A stretch of DNA of 64,000 nucleotides, taken from the NCBI GenBank assembly GCA_963849165.1, contig CAWKGJ010000003.1:252018-316017 (forward strand). Reading direction: 5' to 3'. Under the pieces are notes generated by a model. The model saw only the letters and a list, made by a program, of their open reading frames with translations. It ran no database searches and was not told the origin of the DNA. This document shows, piece after piece, positions 46,194 to 56,044 of this stretch. This DNA comes from an uncultured Solirubrobacterales bacterium. Its GTDB lineage: Bacteria; Actinomycetota; Thermoleophilia; Solirubrobacterales; 70-9. The position numbers were made by a program, and so were the translations under genes. Position 1 is the first letter of the stretch. The number at the start of each line of letters is the position of its first letter.

Positions 46194-47801
46194 ATGGCAC
46201 TTTCCCTTCAAGCCGTCCCTGATGCGGCGACGGATCAGAACTTCCGGCAGATCGCCAAGCAGTTCCCGATCACTGGAGAGCTAATCCGCAATGAAGTGAT
46301 CGTCACCAAACACATCGTCCCGGAAACCATCACGGGCAATCTCCTAGTGAAAGGGACGATCACCGGAGACCGGATCGAAGCGGGAACGATTACGGGGAGT
46401 CTGATCGCCGGAGAAACCATCGAAGGCACCCATATCAAAGCCGGGACTATCGAAACCGGCTCCCTGAAAGCGGGCTCGATAACGACCGAACTACTTGCGG
46501 CCGAAGCGGTGACGGCCGCCAAAATCAAAGCCAACACCATCGAAGCAGGGCAGATAAAAGCAGAAACGATCACGGCCAGCAAACTCAGTGTCACCGAACT
46601 CTCTGCGATCACGTCGAACCTTGGCGCAGTCACCGCCGGCTCCATTGACAGCGCGACGATCACCGGCACCACGATCACGGGGGGGTTGATCCGCACCGCT
46701 TCTGCGGGCGCCCGGGTCGAAATGGACTCCTCGGGCATCCGTGGGATCAACTCCGGGGGAATCACGAAGTTCGTCTTCGACACGACCTCCGGCATCCTCA
46801 CTGCCACCGCCGTGATCTCCTCCGAAGAAGGTTCGGTCATCCCGACCAAACACCTGGCGGGGCAGATCACCGAAACGCAGATCGAAGAAGAAGCGATTGC
46901 CACGCCGCTGCTCGCGGCCAACGCGGTGACGGCGGGGAAAATCTCGGTCGCCAATCTTGCGGCCGTTAACGTCGATGCCGGCAAAATCACGGCTGGCGAA
47001 ATTCAGGCCGGAGCACTCGATGTCACGACGCTCTCGGCGATCACTGCCGACCTCGGGACGGTCACGGCGGGCAGCATCAAAGGCGTCGAAATCGAAGCGC
47101 TCAAACGCTTTCAGCTAGAAGAGAAGGAACTCGAAGGGTCCAACGAGACTCGCCTAGTCTGGGTCGAAGGTGCTTCCGAAAAGGAGGTGATCGCTGGTCA
47201 CCGCAGCGGCAACGTCAACAAGCTGTCGCTAACCTCGATCAACCCCAAAGGTAAAAACGCAAAGCTCATGCTCGAAACCAATAAAGCAAGTGAAGTCGGG
47301 GTTGTCTGGCTACAGGTAGGCACCGAGCAACCCATCCTCACGGATAGCACTGGGGTCTCCTCTTTTCCGCGATTGGCCGCCAATGCAAAACGGGTTCTCA
47401 CGATGTCTGGGGACGTGACTCTAATGGGGGAATCCAACGTCTCACAGTTCCCCCAACTCGCCGCAACGGCGAAACGGGTTCTCACCATGAGCAAAGATGT
47501 AACCCTGATGGGGGCCTCCGATGTCTCAAACTTTTTGCAGTTGGCCGGGGCCGCAGCAAAACGAAACATCAACTTCGGCTCCGTGACCATGAACTACCCC
47601 GGCGGCTCTCCGAACATCACGGGGAAAGAAGTCGAACACGGACTTGGCACGACCCCCACTTACGCCTCCGCTATTGCGGACGGGTACACCAATATCGGTG
47701 TCGAAGCCGTGTCCTCCACCAAAATTACTCTCGGTGGCGCTCGGATCGACGGCGCCTCCGTCAGCGGCAACCGCACTGTCTACTGGATCGCAATCGGATA
47801 G
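46194..47801 (+). CDS. tail fibre protein
   Basis: Long run of G/A-T-I-T/E-G-x-L/I-x-A type beta-helix repeats, then 28-aa tandem repeats. Confidence 0.7.
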   Translation: MALSLQAVPDAATDQNFRQIAKQFPITGELIRNEVIVTKHIVPETITGNLLVKGTITGDRIEAGTITGSLIAGETIEGTHIKAGTIETGSLKAGSITTELLAAEAVTAAKIKANTIEAGQIKAETITASKLSVTELSAITSNLGAVTAGSIDSATITGTTITGGLIRTASAGARVEMDSSGIRGINSGGITKFVFDTTSGILTATAVISSEEGSVIPTKHLAGQITETQIEEEAIATPLLAANAVTAGKISVANLAAVNVDAGKITAGEIQAGALDVTTLSAITADLGTVTAGSIKGVEIEALKRFQLEEKELEGSNETRLVWVEGASEKEVIAGHRSGNVNKLSLTSINPKGKNAKLMLETNKASEVGVVWLQVGTEQPILTDSTGVSSFPRLAANAKRVLTMSGDVTLMGESNVSQFPQLAATAKRVLTMSKDVTLMGASDVSNFLQLAGAAAKRNINFGSVTMNYPGGSPNITGKEVEHGLGTTPTYASAIADGYTNIGVEAVSSTKITLGGARIDGASVSGNRTVYWIAIG

Positions 47802-47808
47802 AAGAACT

Positions 47809-48039
47809 ATGTCCACCGGCAAGAAACGCACCCGCCGCAAACCGGCACCTAAGCCGAAGACCCCCGCCGAGGATGCTGCCCAGCAGCCCGTGGACGGCAT
47901 CCTCGTCCGACTCATCCCGGTCGAGGGCGGGGACCGCCAGATCACCGCGACCGCCATGGGTGACACCAGACTGACCGAGGCCCCGACCATCCTGCGGATG
48001 GCAGCCAAGAACGTCGAAACGCAGCTCGGCATCGACTGA
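47809..48039 (+). CDS. hypothetical phage protein
   Basis: 76 aa, basic N-terminus. Confidence 0.4.
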   Translation: MSTGKKRTRRKPAPKPKTPAEDAAQQPVDGILVRLIPVEGGDRQITATAMGDTRLTEAPTILRMAAKNVETQLGID

Positions 48040-48049
48040 GAGGACGCCC

Positions 48050-48826
48050 TTGCCCCGCCGCAACTCCACCCGCCGCCGCCAAATCGTCGCCCGCGCCGTT
48101 CAGGCCCGCAAGCCCCGTGCCACTGGGGGGACGACTGCTCCGCGTTCGGCCGCGAGGGGAGGGACGACGGGGCTGGGCCGAAGCGGCGTAGCTCCGAACC
48201 CCGGCCGGGTCGGCAACGCCAGAGGTTTTGGTCCCGGCACTCCCGGCGTAGCCCCTCCCCCTGCGAATGTCGCCCCAACGCCGTGGAACTCCAAAGCCGA
48301 GCAGATCGTTGCCGGCGCCCGCAAAAGCTACCTCGACGCGTCAGGCAACTTCGACCTCAACGAACAGGCAGCCAAACAGGACTTCGGCTTGGACGCTGGC
48401 TTCAACGACTACAAGTCCAACCCGAACTCCCGAGCCGCTCTGCTCGAGCAGAGCTACCAGACGGCAAATCGGGGGACGATGAACTCGGCGGGGTTGCAGC
48501 TCTACTCAGGCTCGACCTCCAATCGGCTCGAAGGCAATCGACGCACCAACTCCATCAACCGAGACGAGCTGGCCAAGGCATATCGTGATGCCCTCGGTGA
48601 AATCAGCGCCGGGCGTACGAAGGCGGCTGAAGAGAAGGCCGAAAGGGAACGCGAAGCCGAGTGGGAACGAATCGCCGCAGCCGAAGGCGTGGAGCCGGAG
48701 GCAGAAGCTTCACCGGCCGCTAGCGGTGGCGGAGGCCCCAAGCCCAAGAAGCCAACTCGCAAGAAGATGACCAACCAGGCAATCGCAAACAATCGGCCCG
48801 CCCCGGCCCCGAAGAGGAGAAGGTAG
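48050..48826 (+). CDS. putative internal virion/ejection protein
   Basis: Basic termini, assigned by position; TTG start. Confidence 0.4.
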   Translation: MPRRNSTRRRQIVARAVQARKPRATGGTTAPRSAARGGTTGLGRSGVAPNPGRVGNARGFGPGTPGVAPPPANVAPTPWNSKAEQIVAGARKSYLDASGNFDLNEQAAKQDFGLDAGFNDYKSNPNSRAALLEQSYQTANRGTMNSAGLQLYSGSTSNRLEGNRRTNSINRDELAKAYRDALGEISAGRTKAAEEKAEREREAEWERIAAAEGVEPEAEASPAASGGGGPKPKKPTRKKMTNQAIANNRPAPAPKRRR

Positions 48827-49987
48827 ATGCCGCGCACGCAGAATAAGCCGCGCCAGCAGGACCGCTCTTACCTTGCTCCCAAGAATGAGCGTCGTGCCAA
48901 GAAACCTAAGGGCGCGGGCCAAGCACAACAGCGAACCCGCCAGGAAGAACAGCATCGGGTCACTGAACCGCTCACTCCGAAAGGCGTGCGGCAGGAGACC
49001 CGCGCCTCGACCAACCTGCGTTTCAAGCCTCTCGAAAAGGCGATTGCTGGAGACCTACGTGCCTCTGAACGCCGTGTCGACGACGAGGGCGATTGGTGGC
49101 AGGAGTACCTCGACACGGTCAACGCCGGTCAGGCCGACACCTCGGCCGCTTACGCTCAGGCCGCACAGACGGGTCAGGCTCAGATTGCACAGTCCTCTGC
49201 GATCGATACGGCCAACACCGACCGCCTTCAGGGCGAAGCTGCCAAATCGGCGGAGCTGCGGGGCGTGGCTCCAACCACGGCCCCAGCAGAGCGCGAGGCC
49301 GCGATGCAGGCCCAACGCAACTACCTCGCTTCAGCTCAGGGTGGAGCCACCGCCCAGATGGGAGCCAATCAGCGCGGCTATCTGAACCAGCAGAAGGTGA
49401 TCGGCGTCGGTCAGAAAATTGCCGCCCGTAAAGAAGAGCAGCGCCGAGGCCGATCGATTCGTAAAGACATGCAGGACGTGCGCAAGGAACGGGGCGACTA
49501 CGCAGCCACGCAACGCGGAGAGCTGCGTGGCCAGGAGCGCGACTATCTGATCCAGCGCCAGGCATTTGGCCTCGACAAGAAAAAGGCCAACCAGGAAGCG
49601 CGCGAAGGCGCTGCGTCGCTAGCGGCGGATGCTGGCAAGCGAGCGGAAGATCGCCGCCAGCAGAAGATCGACAATCGCTTCAAGCAGCGTGAACTCAACG
49701 AAGACAAGAATGTCGGGAAAGGGAAAGACGGGCTGACCCCCAGCGAACAGCGGACGGTCCGCAACGAAAAGCAGGACTCCAAGCGGGAACGGAACTCCGC
49801 TGCTTCTGCCGCCGTAGATCTCTACAACAGCTACAAAGAGGCGGGGAAGGCGCCGCGCTCTGAGACTGAATGGGCCGGGCTGACGAAACTGGTGGTTGAA
49901 CAAACCGGCTGCGACTACGCCGTCGCTAAAGCGACCGTCTCTCGCTTGCGGCGCAAGGTCTTTCATCCCCCACTGGTCGCTCCCTGA
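48827..49987 (+). CDS. putative internal virion/ejection protein
   Basis: 386-aa charged helical protein, assigned by position. Confidence 0.45.
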   Translation: MPRTQNKPRQQDRSYLAPKNERRAKKPKGAGQAQQRTRQEEQHRVTEPLTPKGVRQETRASTNLRFKPLEKAIAGDLRASERRVDDEGDWWQEYLDTVNAGQADTSAAYAQAAQTGQAQIAQSSAIDTANTDRLQGEAAKSAELRGVAPTTAPAEREAAMQAQRNYLASAQGGATAQMGANQRGYLNQQKVIGVGQKIAARKEEQRRGRSIRKDMQDVRKERGDYAATQRGELRGQERDYLIQRQAFGLDKKKANQEAREGAASLAADAGKRAEDRRQQKIDNRFKQRELNEDKNVGKGKDGLTPSEQRTVRNEKQDSKRERNSAASAAVDLYNSYKEAGKAPRSETEWAGLTKLVVEQTGCDYAVAKATVSRLRRKVFHPPLVAP

Positions 49988-52900
49988 TGCTGCGCGGCGG
50001 CGGTTCTCCCGAGCCCAAGAAGCGCAAGGCAAAGCGCAAAGAAGTCGCCGGGCCCTATCGGGATCAGTCTTCCGTCCCCTCAATCCGCAAGAAGGCGACG
50101 AAGCGCGAACATCGCACCGAACCGACGACGGTTGCGGGGGTTGAACGGCAGACCAAGAGACGGGCCAGGCGAACTAGTGCAGCTAAAAAGCGTGTTACGT
50201 CGCAGCGCCGGGATAGCGCGCGTGAGGTCAAGCGCTTGGAAAAGAAGGCGCTGAAGACGCTCCGCACTCTCAAGGCGCCGCCAGCCCCCCAGACTGCATA
50301 CAAGCAAGCCCGCTACGCGGGTATTGCCCCACCGGCCGAGCTGCGCAAAACCAACCCACGCGCCGCCAAGAAATCAGAACGCGCCTACCTCCAGAACATT
50401 GCTAGGAAAGAGGGGATTCACGCAGACCCCCTCGCTGAATTCATCATCTCCACGGCGGCCACCGCAGGAGTGGGGGCCGCGGCAAAGGGTGCTGCCACGC
50501 TCGCCAAGAGCGCACTTGCCGGTCGAGCCGGGTCAGAGCTGGCATCCGCCGGGACTACGGCGGCTGAGAAGGCGGCCGAATCCGGGACCAAGGGAATCGT
50601 TGCCCGGACTGCCTCAAAGGCGGGCAAGAGCGTCAAGGCCCGGGCGACCAGCAAAGCCGAGCGTATTCGTACTGCCCCTAAGCGCACCGTCAAACGTGTC
50701 CGTGAGACTCCGAAACGGATCAAGTCCGCGCCGAAGAAGGCCAAGCGCGCGGCCGCGACCAAGGAGGGGCGTAGGGCTGCGGCAAAAGGCGCTGGAAGGA
50801 GGGCGCGACGGCACCCAGTCCGTACTGGCTATGGGGCCACCGCCGCCTCCCCTGTCCCACTCCCCGGAGACGCCGGCGAACGTGCTCGAGCGGCGGCCGA
50901 GGGAACGTTCGACGCGATCACCGGGCACCCCGGCGAGACCGCCAAGACGACGCTGCGTTCGCTCCCCGCCGCGATTACGGCGCCAGCTGCGCTATTGGCA
51001 TCGGGAGTCGAGTCGGCCGCCCACGGTACCCCCGATCCGCTGATAAACGAGGCGAAGGGTCAGGCGGCGGGAATGGCCGAGATCGCGAGCAATGTTTTCT
51101 CTGGAGATCCCAAGAAGGCGGAAATGGCTGCGCGGAAAGAAGGCTCCCTGGCCTTTCTCGCCCCGATTCCGGCAGTCTCCCGCCTGCGCCCATATAAGCT
51201 GGCCCGGAGGCGGGCGCGAGAGGGCGCCGCGACGGTGCGGCGGAAGATCGCGGCTAAAGGTGAGACGCCCAACCGTTCAATTCGCCATGCTCCGAAGGAC
51301 GTGGAGCAGAACGTCTTTGCGTCAACCGCACGCCGGGAGGCCCGCAAGAGAACTGCTCTGGTCAAGCAGCGGGCCGACAACCCCCAGCGCGTTGCAGCGG
51401 CTCACCATGAGCGCCAAGTCACCCAGAACATCGCCAAGGCCCCGAAGGGGTCAGAGGTCGCATTGCAGACCCTCGCTGAGTACGGAATTCGCGACACGCG
51501 ACACGCGGCCTTGGTCCGCGAGAAAGGACCAGGCGATGCCCAACTCGCCAAGGCCCTCGATTATGTCGAGGCGCACCCCGAGGTATTCCAGAGCAAGTCG
51601 TTTGCGAAAGCGCTGGAGGCTGTGGGAGAGGCTTCGAGAACCGCGCCAGCCGCCTTGGTGGGGAAGGGGGAGCGCGCCCGGCTGATGCAGCAGGGAGACC
51701 TCTTCGGCCACACTCGCCCTGAGCACATGGTTCCCCCGAAGGCACGTGATCTGACCACCGCCAAGACGCGGGAGGGAGCTTGGGCCGAGCTCGCCGCTGC
51801 CGACCAACGGCTGACCCAACTCCGGCGAGATGGCCGGGCTAAGTTCGATCAGGCCAAGGTCGTGAAAGGATCCGAGGAGGCGCGGCTGAAGACCGAGGGC
51901 AAAGCTCTCTACGCGCAGGCGCGGGAGCTGCGCGCTCAGAACAAAAAACTCTACGACGCCCTCGATCCCTACACGCGCCCCGGCCAGAGCATCGACGCCA
52001 GCAAACGGACGGCCTACGACTCCCGCCAACTGGCGGAGTACAAGCAGGCGGTGGAGGCCTCCCGAGTCGCCGCCGGGATGGCGCCGGCGATCTGGACGCA
52101 TCACGCCGAGGCGAACACGGCCGGACGGGGCACTGGTATGGAGAACCGCTTCCCGACCAACCCCGGCCGGGTCGAGCACATGCGAGAGGGCAACCTGGCC
52201 AAAGCCGACAATCTCGACCGCTCTCTCCAAGGGCTCCTACGGGGAACCGTCCAGATGCCTCGCCTCCGTGCCGCTGGCAAGCAGTTCGGGCGAGACTTCG
52301 TCCAGGAGTTCAAGACCCCGTTCACCATCGACGGCAAGCAGAAAGTCGTGGGGCAAGGGTCGAAGGACTGGACCTCGATTACCGCTCCGAAGTCCAGAGA
52401 GAATCCCAACGGCGGCCAGTTCGATCCGAAGGCCTGGGCGCGTTTCCCGCTGCGTGAGTGGAAGAACGCGGTCAGAGACCCCTTCACCCAGGACAGCCGC
52501 CTGATCGAGCTTCTGACCGAGGCCGAGAACGGACAGATCAGGGGTTCCGAGCCCTGGGTGTTGATGCCTAGAGAGGCGATCAGGGAGGCCCGCGCCCAGA
52601 TCAGCCCGGAACACAACGTCATAACCCAGACGGCCAACCGCGCCTCTCGCGTCTCCAGCCGCCTCTTGCTCGGAACGAATCCGGCGTGGGCCATCGCTCA
52701 GATCCCCGCCGAGGGCATTCCCTTGTTGATGGCAAAGCCGAGTCTGCTGAACCCGGTGAAGTTCGTCCGCCTCGAGCGCGATATCCAGCGCTTCAAGAAG
52801 ACCCATCCCGAGGAGGCGCTTGCGCTTCAGGCAACGGCCGGCGCCTCGCCGATCAACGCTGCGGTCAATCGCACGCCGCTGGACATGCAAGAGACCTACA

Positions 52901-54186
52901 CGCCGGCTCTCTTCGACAAGGGAGCAAGGGCGCTGACCCGAGGGAAAGCAGCCCGCTCCGTTGTCAGCTTCGCCAAGCTCCGAGCGCTTGGCGTCTTCGA
53001 CGTGAAGCGCCAGAACGAGTACCGCACGCTCCTGGCGGCCGCCGAGGCCGACAAGCGTTTCCGGTCCTGGCACGGCAGCCTCACGGGCCTCTTCGACTCT
53101 CAGGCCCGCCTCTCCAATCGCTTCAAAGGGAAGTCTCGCGACGAGCTTTGGACCTGGCTGACCAAAGATCCAAAGGGCAAAAAAGAGCTGGAGAAGATCA
53201 CCGACTACGTTGACAACATCCAGGGCAACTGGACGGCCTTCACGCGTTACGAGCGCTCCCTAGCTCCGCTCGCGATCTTCTATCCCTTCCTGCGCTACTC
53301 GCTGCGCTGGTCGCTCTGGACGTTCCCTAAAACGCATCCGGTGACCGCCACCCTCGCCTACACGCTGGGCCAAGCCAACGCGAATCAGCTAGAGAAAGTA
53401 GCTGGGGGTCCACTCCAGAACCCGATCGCTTACGCCTTCCCCGCCTACGAGAATGCCAAGGGCGAAACGGACGTTCTTCCCGGTGGATCTCGGATCTCTC
53501 CCGGCCAGTCGTCTTTGACGCAGGCCCTCGCGACGGGGAACACGGCGCAGATCCTCAGCTCCGCCAACCCCTTCATCGGATCGGCGCTGACCGGCATAAC
53601 GGGCATCGAGCCCTTCACCGGAGAGAAAACCGAGGAGAAGGGCTGGGCGGCACTCAATCAGCTTCTCTCCCTGCCCGCCCCCCTGCGCCTGGCCGGCGTG
53701 AAAGTCAGCGACGAACAGTCAGTGGCCTCCAAAGCCTTCGAGCAGTTCGACAAGAACAAGAAGGCACGCTCAATCGGCTTCCCCTTCATCCCCCAGAGCG
53801 GCAAAGACTTCGCCTCCTCCGAGCGGCTCGCCAAAGCCTTCGATGAGAAGTACTCCAACCCTGTTCCGAGTCTCCCAGCCGAGATTTGGGAAGCGGCCTA
53901 TAACAAGGACTGGAAGCTAGCTCGCAAGCTGCGAGCCAAGCGCCTCAAGGCCGAAAAGGCTGGCGACACCGTTAAGGCTGCCGAGTCCCCGTTCTTCCGG
54001 GGCTCGGACAAGCCATTCGATAAAGAGGCCGGAGAGATCCTCAAATACATCACCGGAGTCATTCAGATCCCGGTGGAGGAGGAATCCAAGGGCGGCCTGC
54101 CAGATCTCGGCTCCCTCGGTGCGGGCGGAGACGAACTGCCTGACCTGAACAAGCTCGGCAGCACCGAGTTGCCCAGCCTCAAATAG
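49987..54186 (+). CDS. large (1399-aa) virion protein, ejection-protein-like
   Basis: Largest phage ORF, very basic Lys/Arg/Ala-rich N-terminal 300 aa; ATGA-type overlap with upstream gene. Confidence 0.6.
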   Translation: MLRGGGSPEPKKRKAKRKEVAGPYRDQSSVPSIRKKATKREHRTEPTTVAGVERQTKRRARRTSAAKKRVTSQRRDSAREVKRLEKKALKTLRTLKAPPAPQTAYKQARYAGIAPPAELRKTNPRAAKKSERAYLQNIARKEGIHADPLAEFIISTAATAGVGAAAKGAATLAKSALAGRAGSELASAGTTAAEKAAESGTKGIVARTASKAGKSVKARATSKAERIRTAPKRTVKRVRETPKRIKSAPKKAKRAAATKEGRRAAAKGAGRRARRHPVRTGYGATAASPVPLPGDAGERARAAAEGTFDAITGHPGETAKTTLRSLPAAITAPAALLASGVESAAHGTPDPLINEAKGQAAGMAEIASNVFSGDPKKAEMAARKEGSLAFLAPIPAVSRLRPYKLARRRAREGAATVRRKIAAKGETPNRSIRHAPKDVEQNVFASTARREARKRTALVKQRADNPQRVAAAHHERQVTQNIAKAPKGSEVALQTLAEYGIRDTRHAALVREKGPGDAQLAKALDYVEAHPEVFQSKSFAKALEAVGEASRTAPAALVGKGERARLMQQGDLFGHTRPEHMVPPKARDLTTAKTREGAWAELAAADQRLTQLRRDGRAKFDQAKVVKGSEEARLKTEGKALYAQARELRAQNKKLYDALDPYTRPGQSIDASKRTAYDSRQLAEYKQAVEASRVAAGMAPAIWTHHAEANTAGRGTGMENRFPTNPGRVEHMREGNLAKADNLDRSLQGLLRGTVQMPRLRAAGKQFGRDFVQEFKTPFTIDGKQKVVGQGSKDWTSITAPKSRENPNGGQFDPKAWARFPLREWKNAVRDPFTQDSRLIELLTEAENGQIRGSEPWVLMPREAIREARAQISPEHNVITQTANRASRVSSRLLLGTNPAWAIAQIPAEGIPLLMAKPSLLNPVKFVRLERDIQRFKKTHPEEALALQATAGASPINAAVNRTPLDMQETYTPALFDKGARALTRGKAARSVVSFAKLRALGVFDVKRQNEYRTLLAAAEADKRFRSWHGSLTGLFDSQARLSNRFKGKSRDELWTWLTKDPKGKKELEKITDYVDNIQGNWTAFTRYERSLAPLAIFYPFLRYSLRWSLWTFPKTHPVTATLAYTLGQANANQLEKVAGGPLQNPIAYAFPAYENAKGETDVLPGGSRISPGQSSLTQALATGNTAQILSSANPFIGSALTGITGIEPFTGEKTEEKGWAALNQLLSLPAPLRLAGVKVSDEQSVASKAFEQFDKNKKARSIGFPFIPQSGKDFASSERLAKAFDEKYSNPVPSLPAEIWEAAYNKDWKLARKLRAKRLKAEKAGDTVKAAESPFFRGSDKPFDKEAGEILKYITGVIQIPVEEESKGGLPDLGSLGAGGDELPDLNKLGSTELPSLK

Positions 54187-54210
54187 ATAAGGCCCGCAAG
54201 GGCAGGGACA

Positions 54211-54234
54211 GGGGCGGCGCCGAAACGCCGCCCC
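54211..54234 (+). terminator. hairpin after the large virion gene
   Basis: GGGGCGGCG (54211-54219) and CGCCGCCCC (54226-54234), 6-nt loop. Confidence 0.55.
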
Positions 54235-54309
54235 CTAGACATCGGAGATCGGGCCTCCAATGCCTCACTCGACTCTAAAACCAGCTTCGCCTAGAAAGCA
54301 ACGGATCTA

Positions 54310-54618
54310 GTGGAGGCATCTAGCGCCATTGAGGTCCGCTTGCGCAACCACGAAGCGCGGATCGACGCCAACCACAATTCGGTCTCACGTCTCCGCGACG
54401 CCTCCGCCAACCATGAGACCCGGCTATCTGTCGTCACCACTGAGCTTCGGGAAACCCGCGAAGACATCGCCGAGATGAAAAGGGACCTCGCCGACGCTCG
54501 CTCTGAACAGAAGGAAGAAATGACCTGGGTGCGTAGAGGACTTTGGCTGGCGGCCGGCACTTTCATGATGTTCTTCGTCGCGGCCGCGACCCTCCTCGTT
54601 CAAGTGGCCGGCAGCTGA
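54310..54618 (+). CDS. coiled-coil protein with C-terminal TM helix (lysis-cassette membrane protein)
   Basis: GTG start; C-terminal LWLAAGTFMMFFVAAATLLVQVA. Confidence 0.45.
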   Translation: MEASSAIEVRLRNHEARIDANHNSVSRLRDASANHETRLSVVTTELRETREDIAEMKRDLADARSEQKEEMTWVRRGLWLAAGTFMMFFVAAATLLVQVAGS

Positions 54619-54619
54619 C

Positions 54620-54931
54620 ATGGATCAGATTGAGATCCGACGAGTCAAAGGGCTGCGCATCGCCGTGGCGGCCTTTGCCCTGAGCGTCTTTTTGTTCGTC
54701 GCCGGTATCGGCGGTGCTGTCTGGTTGCTCACTGTCAAAAGCAGCGAAGGGGTCGAAACCCACGAAGCGATCTGTGCCCTGAGCGCCGACCTGGAGGCTC
54801 GCACCGAAAGCTCACGCCGCTTCCTCGAGGAACACCCCCACGGAGCTTTCGGCATCCCCGCGGCCACGATCCGCGAAAGCGTCGAGAACCAAGAACGCTC
54901 GATTGACGCTCTGAGCGTCGTCGACTGCTGA
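54620..54931 (+). CDS. membrane protein with N-terminal TM helix
   Basis: IAVAAFALSVFLFVAGIGGAVWLL. Confidence 0.45.
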   Translation: MDQIEIRRVKGLRIAVAAFALSVFLFVAGIGGAVWLLTVKSSEGVETHEAICALSADLEARTESSRRFLEEHPHGAFGIPAATIRESVENQERSIDALSVVDC

Positions 54932-54977
54932 TTCAGACCTAGCCGCCCAGCGGCTTCCATAACCGAAAGGAGCCTCA

Positions 54978-55790
54978 ATGGCTCGCATCCGAGGGCTGCT
55001 CAAGCAGCTCGCAGAAAAGCTCGGCCTCGGCCAGGCGCAACTAGCCCGCGCACGCCGCCGTTACGCAGCTAATCGCAGGCGCGCATTCAAGGCCCACAAC
55101 CAACAGGTGATGGCCCAGGAAAAGGCCGACAAGCTGCGCTCGGAAGGAGGATATAACGCAACCGCTGCCCCTTTTGAAGACAAGCGCGCCTTGCGCAGGG
55201 GCCATGTCGCCTTCAAGAATCACCAGCGAGCGCAGTTCTGGCTCGGACGGATTAAGGCGCTGACGCAGCAGATCCACAATCTGGAGACCAAGCAGGCCGG
55301 CCTCGAGGCCGAGCGTCAGAAGCTCAGCAAGGTCACGATCAAGGGGGATCAGGCGACTGGCGGAAGTCGCCGCGGCCGACTCAAAGCCGTTGCGCTCGCC
55401 TCGGCTGCTGCGTGTGCCTCGGGCAAGCGGCCTAACTTCTATTCGCAGGTTGGCTCCTTTGACGCCAATCATTGCATCACCGGCCCCGCTTACGGCCACC
55501 GGGATGACTGTTCAAGTTGGTTTGCCTCCGCCTACCGCTCGGCCGGACTCGCCGACCCGAGTGGTCAGCGCTACACCGCTGGCTACACGGGGACCCTCGT
55601 CGCCAACGGAAGGCAGATTTCAGAGCCGGAGGTTGGCTGTGCAGTCATCTACGGCTCTGGCGCAGGCCATCACGTCGAGATGTATGTCGGGCCGGACAGC
55701 AAAACCATCGGCCACGGCTCTGCTCCGGTCGACACTGGCGTCATCAACCTCTTCGGCGATGGCGACTACCGCTTCTTCAAATACATCTAA
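54978..55790 (+). CDS. endolysin-like cysteine peptidase (NlpC/P60 or CHAP type) with coiled-coil N-terminus
   Basis: HRDDCSSWFASAYRSAG...GAGHHVEMYVG Cys-His arrangement; lysis-cassette position. Confidence 0.65.
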   Translation: MARIRGLLKQLAEKLGLGQAQLARARRRYAANRRRAFKAHNQQVMAQEKADKLRSEGGYNATAAPFEDKRALRRGHVAFKNHQRAQFWLGRIKALTQQIHNLETKQAGLEAERQKLSKVTIKGDQATGGSRRGRLKAVALASAAACASGKRPNFYSQVGSFDANHCITGPAYGHRDDCSSWFASAYRSAGLADPSGQRYTAGYTGTLVANGRQISEPEVGCAVIYGSGAGHHVEMYVGPDSKTIGHGSAPVDTGVINLFGDGDYRFFKYI

Positions 55791-55802
55791 CGAAAGGCAC
55801 CA

Positions 55803-55973
55803 ATGAACACCGAGCCCGTAGCTCTCTTTGCAGCCATCGCAGTAGTCGTCGTCTGGGGCGCCAGCCTCTTCGGCATCGTGCTCGATACCGGGGCTATTGA
55901 AAACGCTCTGATCAGCGGCGTCTTCATCGTGACGGCAATCCTTCAGCGTGCCAAGGTCACGCCGACCGGATGA
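55803..55973 (+). CDS. holin-like 56-aa membrane protein
   Basis: Two hydrophobic helices (ALFAAIAVVVVWGASLFGIVL; ISGVFIVTAIL). Confidence 0.45.
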   Translation: MNTEPVALFAAIAVVVVWGASLFGIVLDTGAIENALISGVFIVTAILQRAKVTPTG

Positions 55974-56041
55974 GCCTCGTCACGGTGCTCATCGTCATCA
56001 TCCTGCTGCTGGTCATCCTGCGGGTCCTCGGAGTCATTTAG
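55970..56041 (+). CDS. 23-aa hydrophobic micro-ORF
   Basis: MSLVTVLIVIILLLVILRVLGVI; ATGA overlap. Confidence 0.25.
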   Translation: MSLVTVLIVIILLLVILRVLGVI

Positions 56042-56044
56042 ACC

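Noticed and set aside
49987-54186. The 1399-aa gene as a siphovirus tape-measure protein
   Set aside because: It lies after the fibre genes. There are no upstream tail tube or frameshifted chaperone genes, and the fibre-then-three-charged-proteins order fits a podovirus ejection set better. This remains unverified.
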